Of a stretch of DNA of 32,000 nucleotides, positions 16,842 through 22,855 are shown piece after piece (within the stretch, counting starts at the first letter, position 1; every line of letters starts with the position of its first letter). The stretch comes from Candidatus Saccharimonadota bacterium (lineage in GTDB: Bacteria; Patescibacteriota; Patescibacteriia; 2-12-FULL-60-25). Both the position numbers and the translations under genes were made by a program. The notes beneath the pieces are model-generated. The model was not told the origin of the DNA. It made no database searches and saw only the letters and a list, made by a program, of their open reading frames with translations. The stretch is taken from contig CP064964.1 in NCBI GenBank assembly GCA_016699205.1, positions 390,001 to 422,000 on the forward strand. Reading direction: 5' to 3'.

Positions 16842-17309
16842 TTAGAGATGATGCTTCAGAAAGAACCGCACATCTTCCGGCATGTCGTACTTGCGGAGCT
16901 CGGTCTTGTCGATCCAGACGGCCTCGATCCCCTCCTTCACGGGAAGCGGCTCCGGGATGTAGATCAGGTAGCCCATGTCGATCATGTAGTGCTCGGGGTC
17001 GCCCGGGTTGGGCTTGCCGGCAGGAATCTTGATCGAGGTCAGATGTGCGGGCAGCCGCAGCACATCGACGTTACCGAAGGTTGAGAGTGGACGCAGATAC
17101 GGCTCGACGTCGATGCCGACCTCGACTTCGCACTCCTCGATCAATGCCATGATCGGGTCCTGGTCGCTCTCAACGTGACCGCCGGGCTGTAGCCAACAAC
17201 CGAGCTTGGCATGCTTGAGGAGAAGGGCGCGGGGCCGGGGAACTTCCTTGGTGATCAGGAAGGCGGAGACGGTGAGGACACGGTCGCCCTCGCGGAGCTC
17301 TCGTCGCAT
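16842..17309 (-). CDS. Nudix-fold protein with a degenerate Nudix box
   Basis: GGAGG lies 5 nt upstream of ATG 17309. GGHVESDQDPIMALIEECEVEVGI aligns to GGx5Ex7REUxEExGU but with E->Q, R->E and E->V substitutions. Codons are strongly G/C-ending. Confidence 0.6.
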   Translation of the reverse strand: MRRELREGDRVLTVSAFLITKEVPRPRALLLKHAKLGCWLQPGGHVESDQDPIMALIEECEVEVGIDVEPYLRPLSTFGNVDVLRLPAHLTSIKIPAGKPNPGDPEHYMIDMGYLIYIPEPLPVKEGIEAVWIDKTELRKYDMPEDVRFFLKHHL

Positions 17310-17342
17310 GACTACCTCCAAAAATGACCTTACGATGGAATC

Positions 17343-17387
17343 GATAAAACGAGAAGACCCCGAGGCATCAAGCCGTCGGGGTCTCGT
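17343..17387 (-). terminator. rho-independent terminator after ORF 17391..17870
   Basis: AGACCCCGA / TCGGGGTCT stem with a 12-nt loop, followed on the minus strand by GTTTTATC. Confidence 0.6.
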
Positions 17388-17390
17388 TAG

Positions 17391-17870
17391 TTAGCGGCTC
17401 ATGAAGCCGTACAGCATCATTTGGCAGGCTTTGCCAAAGCAGATGTTCGCCGTGTAGTCACTCATGGCGTAGCGGTGGCCCTCGATCGCAAGATCCATGC
17501 TCTTGCAGAGGCGGTGCATTTCATTGGTCGACGAGCTCAGGTGAAACTGCTGAGCTCGCCAGTCAGCCGTATTTGAGCGGCGCAGAACCCGGACAAGCGG
17601 CGAACGGAAACCGAGACCTGTCTGGATGAGTGTAAAGCCCGTCTCCGTATTTGATGAGCGCATACGCATCTCAAGACGAAGGACGTAACCGCAACCAGCC
17701 TCAAGGCCGACGACGACGCGATGTTCGCTATTCATGTCGTGCTCATGTACGAGCTCGTCGCAGTGATCGTAGTGATCATGGACAGCGCAGTACATATCCA
17801 TGAAGCGGCGCACAGCAAGTAAACGCGGGTCGTCGAGATTCGACGACATATCTGGCAGTCCAAATAGCAT
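17391..17870 (-). CDS. hypothetical protein (159 aa, His/Cys/Asp-rich N-terminal patch)
   Basis: AGGAGG (17876-17881) lies 5 nt upstream of ATG 17870. Contains CAVHDHYDHCDELVHEHD. No family recognised. Confidence 0.6.
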   Translation of the reverse strand: MLFGLPDMSSNLDDPRLLAVRRFMDMYCAVHDHYDHCDELVHEHDMNSEHRVVVGLEAGCGYVLRLEMRMRSSNTETGFTLIQTGLGFRSPLVRVLRRSNTADWRAQQFHLSSSTNEMHRLCKSMDLAIEGHRYAMSDYTANICFGKACQMMLYGFMSR

Positions 17871-17895
17871 GCCGTCCTCCTTTTTGGACTATTCA

Positions 17896-17924
17896 GCGAT
17901 ATCAAATTATAAGCTTTGCGTCAA
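17896..17924 (-). promoter_or_regulatory. putative promoter TTGACG-17 nt-(TGa)TATCGC
   Basis: The -35 is at 17919-17924. An extended -10-like TGATATCGC ends at 17896. It sits between the upstream terminator and the RBS. Confidence 0.45.
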
Positions 17925-17934
17925 GATATGAAGA

Positions 17935-17964
17935 GGCCCCCGTACCAAGCTTGGTACGGGGGCC
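17935..17964 (-). terminator. 30-nt perfect palindrome GGCCCCCGTACC-AAGCTT-GGTACGGGGGCC
   Basis: 12-bp GC-rich arms 7 nt after the stop at 17972-17974, followed on the minus strand by TCTTCATATCTT. Confidence 0.7.
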
Positions 17965-17971
17965 GTGTCAG

Positions 17972-18292
17972 TCAGCACTTGCGGCGGAGACCGTTGGAAG
18001 CGCGCAGGTCCGCGAGGTACTTCGCCGTGTCCGTCGTGCTGTCGAACGGCACGGGCGCCGGGTAGCGGCCGGCGTTCTCGGGAAGACCAGAGTCCATGTC
18101 CAGCCCCACGCACTGCGCGTAGGGCGGATGCGGCGTTGGATCCTTGAAGTCCTCGGGGACACTCGGACGGAGCACCATTGGGATGCTGGCATCTTCGTCG
18201 ATGCAGTTCTGGCAGGGCTGGCCCGGTTGCTTGTCGCAGCCCCGATCGACGCAGATCTCGTCCGCCTGGCAGCGCTTCTCCGGGGAACGCAT
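17972..18292 (-). CDS. hypothetical Cys-rich small protein (106 aa)
   Basis: Its ATG 18292 overlaps the upstream stop (TGATG). The frame was chosen from several overlapping GC-rich ORFs because nearly every codon ends in G/C and because of this coupling. Contains C-x5-C-x4-C-x7-C-x2-C (RCQADEICVDRGCDKQPGQPCQNC). Confidence 0.55.
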   Translation of the reverse strand: MRSPEKRCQADEICVDRGCDKQPGQPCQNCIDEDASIPMVLRPSVPEDFKDPTPHPPYAQCVGLDMDSGLPENAGRYPAPVPFDSTTDTAKYLADLRASNGLRRKC

Positions 18293-18567
18293 CAGAAGCC
18301 TCCGGAACGGCTGCCGTTGTCGGAGGCGCTGAATGCACGCCTCACGACCTCGCCGAAGTTGGTCTTGGGGGAGGGCGGCGGCGGGTTGGAGTACCGATGT
18401 TCGAAGTAGGGCTCGTCCTCGTCCATCCTCTCGCACATCGCGCGCACCTCGTCGGTGGTTGACGGTTCGGCTGGAGGAACGCTGCCGCGCCCGATCTCCA
18501 CGATCACGCCGTCGGCGACCTCGACCTCATTCAGATTGACTCCCTGCGGCACGGGCTTTCTCGCCAT
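18292..18567 (-). CDS. hypothetical small protein (91 aa)
   Basis: ATG 18567 (MARKPVPQGVNLNEVEVADG...) with GAGGAG 15 nt upstream. The track ORF starts at TTG 18639, inside the promoter. The exact start is uncertain. Confidence 0.5.
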   Translation of the reverse strand: MARKPVPQGVNLNEVEVADGVIVEIGRGSVPPAEPSTTDEVRAMCERMDEDEPYFEHRYSNPPPPSPKTNFGEVVRRAFSASDNGSRSGGF

Positions 18568-18603
18568 CTGTGAACTCACTTTCTCCTCAAAAGAGGTTCG
18601 CGC

Positions 18604-18632
18604 AGGATAGCGGAATTTTGGCCTTATGTCAA
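18604..18632 (-). promoter_or_regulatory. putative promoter TTGACA-17 nt-TATCCT
   Basis: -35 at 18627-18632 and -10 at 18604-18609, immediately downstream of the terminator at 18647-18680. Confidence 0.5.
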
Positions 18633-18646
18633 GGCTCAAGGAATCA

Positions 18647-18680
18647 GAAAAGCCCGCCGATCCAGAACAGATCGGCGGGC
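18647..18680 (-). terminator. rho-independent terminator
   Basis: GCCCGCCGAT / ATCGGCGGGC forms a 10-bp perfect stem with a 9-nt loop, followed on the minus strand by TTTTC. Confidence 0.7.
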
Positions 18681-18684
18681 CTTG

Positions 18685-19191
18685 TCAGTCTTCCGTGTGG
18701 CGCTCTTGGCGCTTGTGGAAGTATTCGATGAGGTCTCGTTTGACGAGGATGTAGCGATCCTTTTTGAGGAGGATGCTGCCTTCTCCGCCCTCGATGCCAT
18801 GCGTCTCGAGCAGCTTGATGAGCTTGCCGCTCTCGGTGACCGAGGCACGCAGCCACCACTTGTTGTTCTCGAGATCGTGCATGAGAGCGACCATGTCCCT
18901 GTGGCGCTCGAGCAAGAGCGAAGACCCGAGCGAGATCCCATGCTTCTTGTACTCGAAGACGAAACCCCAACTGAGTTTGAGCTCACCCTTGGAAGTACTG
19001 GTCTTGGCGCGGTATGTGACCGCGCAGATCGCGTGATCTGAACCGCTTCCCGACTGGCAGATGCGTTCGTACTCGACCCCGTAGACGTCCGCGAAGCGGC
19101 AGAGGGACGCGATATCTTGGTTCGCGTCCTCGGCCTGATCGAGCAGGGGGTCTCGATACTCGCGCAGTTCTTTCTTGGAAAGCGACTTCAT
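18685..19191 (-). CDS. hypothetical protein (168 aa)
   Basis: Its ATG 19191 overlaps the upstream stop (ATGA). Codons are G/C-ending. No family recognised. Confidence 0.65.
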   Translation of the reverse strand: MKSLSKKELREYRDPLLDQAEDANQDIASLCRFADVYGVEYERICQSGSGSDHAICAVTYRAKTSTSKGELKLSWGFVFEYKKHGISLGSSLLLERHRDMVALMHDLENNKWWLRASVTESGKLIKLLETHGIEGGEGSILLKKDRYILVKRDLIEYFHKRQERHTED

Positions 19192-19655
19192 CGGGGGCCT
19201 TTCGCGATCAGGAACGCTTGCGCGTGGAACTCGACGATGTCAGCAAGACGGTCTTCCTTGACCGGGTACTCGATACCGACGGCGTAGTCGGTTGCAAGGA
19301 GCATGTTGATGGCGTGCAGAAACTGCACCCCACGCTCACAGATACGCCGCTCGTCCTCCAATCCCATCATCGAGTAGTTCCAACTCTTGCCCGAGACCCA
19401 GGTCAGACGGCTGAACGACTTACCGTCGATGCCGGCTTCCAGTACGGCACGAGGCGTCTGGTCGACCAAGTCATAGAACCACAGCAGCTCGAGGCCGCCA
19501 GCCTTGGGAATGATGAAATAGTTGGTGTTGTCGATGAATTGGTGCTGACCGATGAGGCCGTGCTTGGCGAGGGGCATATCGAATGTCTCGTGCGCGAGCT
19601 TCTCGACATGCCTGAGCCTTGCCGGGACCAGGGAACGAACATTGTTCCTACCCAC
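19188..19655 (-). CDS. hypothetical protein (155 aa)
   Basis: GTG 19655 is preceded by AAGGAGG (19661-19667) with a 5-nt spacer. The track ORF begins at TTG 19730, which is itself the TTGACA -35 box. Confidence 0.6.
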   Translation of the reverse strand: MGRNNVRSLVPARLRHVEKLAHETFDMPLAKHGLIGQHQFIDNTNYFIIPKAGGLELLWFYDLVDQTPRAVLEAGIDGKSFSRLTWVSGKSWNYSMMGLEDERRICERGVQFLHAINMLLATDYAVGIEYPVKEDRLADIVEFHAQAFLIAKGPR

Positions 19656-19701
19656 AAAAACCTCCTTTACAAGGTGCCTGCACTCGCATGAATGCGGCCG
19701 G

Positions 19702-19730
19702 AACATATCAAAATATTGCCGGCTTGTCAA
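19702..19730 (-). promoter_or_regulatory. putative promoter TTGACA-17 nt-(TGa)TATGTT
   Basis: -35 at 19725-19730 and an extended -10 TGATATGTT ending at 19702. Confidence 0.55.
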
Positions 19731-19743
19731 TCGTCGTCGGAAT

Positions 19744-19776
19744 GCAAAACGCCGACCCGAGTGAACGGATCGGCGT
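19744..19776 (-). terminator. rho-independent terminator
   Basis: ACGCCGACCCG / CGGATCGGCGT stem with one mismatch and a 6-nt loop, followed on the minus strand by TTTTGC. Confidence 0.6.
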
Positions 19777-19780
19777 AGAA

Positions 19781-20254
19781 TTACTCTCCATTCAGGAGAA
19801 TCACAAAGTGCTGGAGCGTGAGATTGATGAGGTCATCATTCTCGAGTCTGATCTCCGGCTCATTGCGCGGAAACCATTCCCGGATTAGATGATCGATCTG
19901 CTGATCCGGAATCATGCCTACGCTCCATGAGCGCAGCCACATCCGCTCGGCTTCCCGAAAGTGCAGGCGGATGATGGATGACGAATCGTGATGTTCGTCG
20001 ACTGCTTGGATGGCGATCCATGAGGTGTGGCCGCGGAACGGTTCCCGCGATACGCCCATGGAGAGCGTGTAGGCGCTCCGACCCATGTACTGCACGCGCG
20101 GAAAATGCTCGTCCCCCTTGGACCGCCACTTGCGCGTGACCATGGGGATGCCGATCACCTCGAGTGTTGCCGCAATGCGAGCGAGTCCTTTGTGAGGAAT
20201 GCTCGGGTCGCGCTCGAACACGGTGAGTACGTTGATATCGATTTCCTCGTCCAT
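19781..20254 (-). CDS. hypothetical protein (157 aa)
   Basis: Its ATG 20254 lies 1 nt after the upstream TGA (TGAcATG). Codons are G/C-ending. No family recognised. Confidence 0.65.
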   Translation of the reverse strand: MDEEIDINVLTVFERDPSIPHKGLARIAATLEVIGIPMVTRKWRSKGDEHFPRVQYMGRSAYTLSMGVSREPFRGHTSWIAIQAVDEHHDSSSIIRLHFREAERMWLRSWSVGMIPDQQIDHLIREWFPRNEPEIRLENDDLINLTLQHFVILLNGE

Positions 20255-20255
20255 G

Positions 20256-20843
20256 TCAGCTCCCTACGTAGAGATCAGCATACTGCTGACGCGTTGGCGC
20301 GTGCTTGCAGGCGATTTCGAGCATCGCAGCGATACCTTCCATCGCCCTCCCGGCGCTCATGCCCTCGGCGAGCTCTCCGAGCTGGTCGAGCTTGGCTTCC
20401 TCGAGCAGCTTGGTCCACGCTTCCGGACGCTTGTACGGCGTGTGCTTGTCCTCGCCGTGGCGGATTCTGGCCGTCCCCCTCCAGCGATTGGAGACCGCTT
20501 CGAGGAAGATTGTTACCGGAAAGCCAAACTCCATGTGCGTGTGGTCGAGGCGATACGCGACGATGATCATCCCCGGACCGGTGTCGTCCTCGCCCTCAAA
20601 GCCGAGGTCGTAGTCAAAGAAGATGTGCGAGTCGCAGAGGAGGAAGACGTCACGGGTGAAGATGATGCGCATCGGCTGATCCGAGCGCCTGCGCGGCACG
20701 ATCTCGTCCGAGTAGCCCCAACGGAATCCGCCGTCGCCATCACCTTTGGACGAGGCGACCTGCAGACGAAGTTCCTTGGCGAGCGCGTCGGTGCGGAGAC
20801 ATTCCGCGTGAATCTTGTCCAGACTTTTCAGAACCGGATGCAT
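20256..20843 (-). CDS. hypothetical protein (195 aa)
   Basis: AAGGAG (20849-20854) lies 5 nt upstream of ATG 20843. Codons are G/C-ending. No family recognised. Confidence 0.65.
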   Translation of the reverse strand: MHPVLKSLDKIHAECLRTDALAKELRLQVASSKGDGDGGFRWGYSDEIVPRRRSDQPMRIIFTRDVFLLCDSHIFFDYDLGFEGEDDTGPGMIIVAYRLDHTHMEFGFPVTIFLEAVSNRWRGTARIRHGEDKHTPYKRPEAWTKLLEEAKLDQLGELAEGMSAGRAMEGIAAMLEIACKHAPTRQQYADLYVGS

Positions 20844-20870
20844 GCTTACTCCTTGTGAATGAGCGCCTCA

Positions 20871-20899
20871 GGTGTAATAGAAAAACGCGATTTTGTCAA
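20871..20899 (-). promoter_or_regulatory. TTGACA box overlapping the methyltransferase stop; -10 unclear
   Basis: TTGACA at 20894-20899 contains the TGA that ends the methyltransferase C-terminal frame. The best -10 candidates (TACACC, TATTAC) are weak. Confidence 0.35.
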
Positions 20900-21394
20900 C
20901 GCTCGTAGCGCATCGCAATCCCCTTTTCCTCGACGGACTTCCAGCCCGGGATCGCAAAGGCAAAGGAGATGATTTTTGTGCCGGGACGACATTCTTCTCT
21001 TAGCTTTTTCGCGATCAGCGGCATGATCGAGGTAATACCGAATATATAAATGACGGTGGCTTGCGAAAGGTCGGCGGATTAAGCAAGTTTTGCTGATATA
21101 CTTTGCACGTTCTCCAAAGACCGATAATTTGCGGCGCGACCACCAAACGAGAAATGGATTTAGTTCGTAACCGATGACCGTTGCTCCCCTTTTGGCGGCT
21201 TCGACAAGAATGCGGCCGTCGCCGGAGCCGAGATCGATGACGGTATCTTTCGAGTTGATATCGACCAAAGAGAATCCGTCGGGAATATCGCGGCGGCGGA
21301 GCGGGAGCCAAGGCGCGCCGATGCCGACGCCGAGGAAGTAGCGAGCAAAAAATACGAGGACTGCGATGAGTAGAAGGAGAAGAAAAAAATCCAT
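20896..21394 (-). pseudogene. class I SAM-dependent methyltransferase with N-terminal TM helix, frame-shifted
   Basis: MDFFLLLLLIAVLVFFARYFLGVGIGAPW...VIDLGSGDGRILVEAAKRGATVIGYELNP (motif I) is in one frame. The expected C-terminus ADLSQATVIYIFGITSIMPLIAKKLREECRPGTKIISFAFAIPGWKSVEEKGIAMRYER* is in another. The switch lies near 21075-21105. Codon usage is mixed, like the native genes. Confidence 0.65.
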
Positions 21395-21431
21395 AGAAAA
21401 CAAACGCCGCTGGGAGTATACCAGCGGCGTT
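21395..21431 (-). terminator. rho-independent terminator (repeat-module copy A)
   Basis: AACGCCGCTGG / CCAGCGGCGTT forms an 11-bp stem with a 7-nt loop, followed on the minus strand by TGTTTTCT. That tract runs straight into the methyltransferase ATG. Confidence 0.65.
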
Positions 21432-21441
21432 GAGCGACGTG

Positions 21442-21930
21442 TCAGCCGAGGATGAGCTTCTCGACTTCCTTCCAACTCTCGACGCGCTTTACGCGTGGGA
21501 GATGGTGGCGGAACTTGCTCACCTCGTCCTCACCTGCTCGGAAGAGAAAGAGGTGCTCGACGTGCGGGATGAGATATCCCAGCACCTCCAGACGATCATC
21601 GATGAAGTGCGTGATGTCGAGCTCCTTGCAGATCCCGGCCTTCTCCTCCCGCTTGCGGCAGAAGTGCACTCGCTCGGGCTTGAGCCCCGTCCGCTCGTAG
21701 AAGCGGTGATGCTCGAGCCAGCGCAGCGTCTTGTCTTGGATCTTCTTCCCGCACTTGGAGACGATGTACGCGTGCTCGCCGAACTTGAGATCGATGAGCC
21801 GCTTCACGGTCTCGACGGTGTCGGGCGTCGAGGTGGTGTTGAGGAAGTTCTCTGTGAAGAACGAGGTGTCCGTATCGTCGTTGACGCGATCCATGATCAC
21901 GCCCCCGACATCGATACCGATGGTGTCCAA
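21442..21930 (-). CDS. HAD-fold-like protein (5'-nucleotidase-like), atypical motif I
   Basis: TTG start at 21930. Motif I-like IGIDVGGVI (D-x-G instead of D-x-D), motif II-like YIVSKCG, motif IV-like HFIDDR. Codons are G/C-ending. Confidence 0.5.
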   Translation of the reverse strand: MDTIGIDVGGVIMDRVNDDTDTSFFTENFLNTTSTPDTVETVKRLIDLKFGEHAYIVSKCGKKIQDKTLRWLEHHRFYERTGLKPERVHFCRKREEKAGICKELDITHFIDDRLEVLGYLIPHVEHLFLFRAGEDEVSKFRHHLPRVKRVESWKEVEKLILG

Positions 21931-21962
21931 CTCAACCTACCTTTCTGTATTTGTTTGTTTGG

Positions 21963-21991
21963 AAACTAGATTAATTTTACCTTTTTGTCAA
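21963..21991 (-). promoter_or_regulatory. putative promoter TTGACA-17 nt-TAGTTT
   Basis: -35 at 21986-21991 and -10 at 21963-21968. Confidence 0.5.
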
Positions 21992-22018
21992 CCCCCGCGG
22001 GTGCGATGAATCGCGCCT

Positions 22019-22129
22019 CTACTCGTATCGCAACGCCTCAATCGGCGAGAGCTTAGAGGCTCGGCGCGCTGGTGCAAAACCAAAGCCGATACCGAGAAAG
22101 TAGCGCGTAAAAAGGACGAGGATGGCAAT
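22019..22129 (-). pseudogene. chimeric gene remnant: methyltransferase-like TM segment fused to a copy of the ftsX 3' end
   Basis: The minus strand reads ...IAILVLFTRYFLGIG|FGFAPARRASKLSPIEALRYE*. The 3' part includes a 54-nt exact match (22032-22085 = 24149-24202). The 5' part matches the methyltransferase N-terminus (IAVLVFFARYFLGVG) at 34/45 nt. No start codon. Confidence 0.65.
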
Positions 22130-22169
22130 AGAAATGCGAACGCCGTCCCGTAGAGCGCGGGACGGCGTT
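22130..22169 (-). terminator. rho-independent terminator (repeat-module copy B)
   Basis: AACGCCGTCCCG / CGGGACGGCGTT forms a 12-bp stem with a 7-nt loop. Its flanks are near-identical to those of the terminator at 21395-21431. Confidence 0.65.
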
Positions 22170-22179
22170 GAGCGATGTG

Positions 22180-22749
22180 TCAGACCCCGGTCGAACGGGG
22201 TACGTTGCCGAGGTCGTCGAAGAGCGTGTCAGAGAGGAAGCGCGCGAAGCGCTGATCGTCCTGCGGGCTGCAGGCGCCGTTGTACAGATACTCGCGATAC
22301 TCGGCGTTGGTGATTGCCCATGCCGCCGCGTGAGCGAAGGCATCGAGCAGGGTTCGCCACTTGTGCACGAACTGCATGAACTCGGGGCTGAACTCCGTGT
22401 GCAGGTCGACTTTGCGCTTGAAGATGAAGTGGCGGAGGCCGAGCTCCAGCTGATCGATGAGTGCCATACGCCCATCGGTCTGCTTGAAGGTGACCGTGAA
22501 GTCGTGCTGTGCACGCGGCTCGTCCGCGTTCCAGTCGATGTTCACCATCCAGCCAAAGTTGATCCAGCCGAGGAGCTGGTCCTTGTTCTTCAGCTCGATG
22601 TCGGCGACGTGAAGGAACGAGTGCGCCTTGTGCTTCTGACCTTGCGGCTCCTGCACGCGCCAGTTGGGCAGACGACCGCCCCAGAGCTTCTCCTCCATGA
22701 AGCGAATGTGCTCGATCGCTTCCGCAATGTCCTCGATATGCTTGTACAT
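22180..22749 (-). CDS. hypothetical protein (189 aa)
   Basis: GGAGG (22755-22759) lies 5 nt upstream of ATG 22749. Codons are G/C-ending. No family recognised. Confidence 0.65.
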   Translation of the reverse strand: MYKHIEDIAEAIEHIRFMEEKLWGGRLPNWRVQEPQGQKHKAHSFLHVADIELKNKDQLLGWINFGWMVNIDWNADEPRAQHDFTVTFKQTDGRMALIDQLELGLRHFIFKRKVDLHTEFSPEFMQFVHKWRTLLDAFAHAAAWAITNAEYREYLYNGACSPQDDQRFARFLSDTLFDDLGNVPRSTGV

Positions 22750-22788
22750 CTGCGCCTCCGGCGATACTTGATCGCAGATTTAATAAAT

Positions 22789-22794
22789 TGTCAA
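22789..22794 (-). promoter_or_regulatory. TTGACA -35-like box upstream of ORF 22180..22749
   Basis: Perfect TTGACA, but no convincing -10 at 16-18 nt. TATCGC lies 22 nt away. Confidence 0.3.
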
Positions 22795-22855
22795 TCCCTC
22801 GGAAATACAAAACCCTAGCGCAACCAAAAGCGCATTCCAGTGTTGTTGGTGTTTG

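Noticed and set aside
17906-17911. Perfect TATAAT upstream of ORF 17391..17870.
   Set aside because: It lies only 7 nt from the TTGACG box, and the hexamer 17 nt upstream of it (TCTTCA) is poor. The TG-extended TATCGC at the proper 17-nt spacing is the more coherent promoter, although the TATAAT could still be used.
16805-22800. Integron-like cassette array, with the hairpins acting as attC sites.
   Set aside because: The minus-strand GCTCAAC at two hairpins fits the RYYYAAC inverse core. The distal arms, however, read GTTCGCA and GTTTGTT rather than GTTRRRY. The hairpins are only about 30-40 nt with U-tracts, so they are terminator-like. Most cassettes carry their own promoter-like boxes, and no intI-like gene is in the window.
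17907-22818. Many long ORFs overlapping or antisense to the island genes, for example 20199..20858 +, 22168..22818 +, 22229..22810 -, 17907..18338 -, 17951..18409 +, 18636..18986 - and 20027..20566 +.
   Set aside because: High G+C suppresses stop codons in all frames. These ORFs have Arg/Ala/Pro/Ser-rich low-complexity translations and no SD or start context. They lack the third-position G/C bias that marks the chosen frames.
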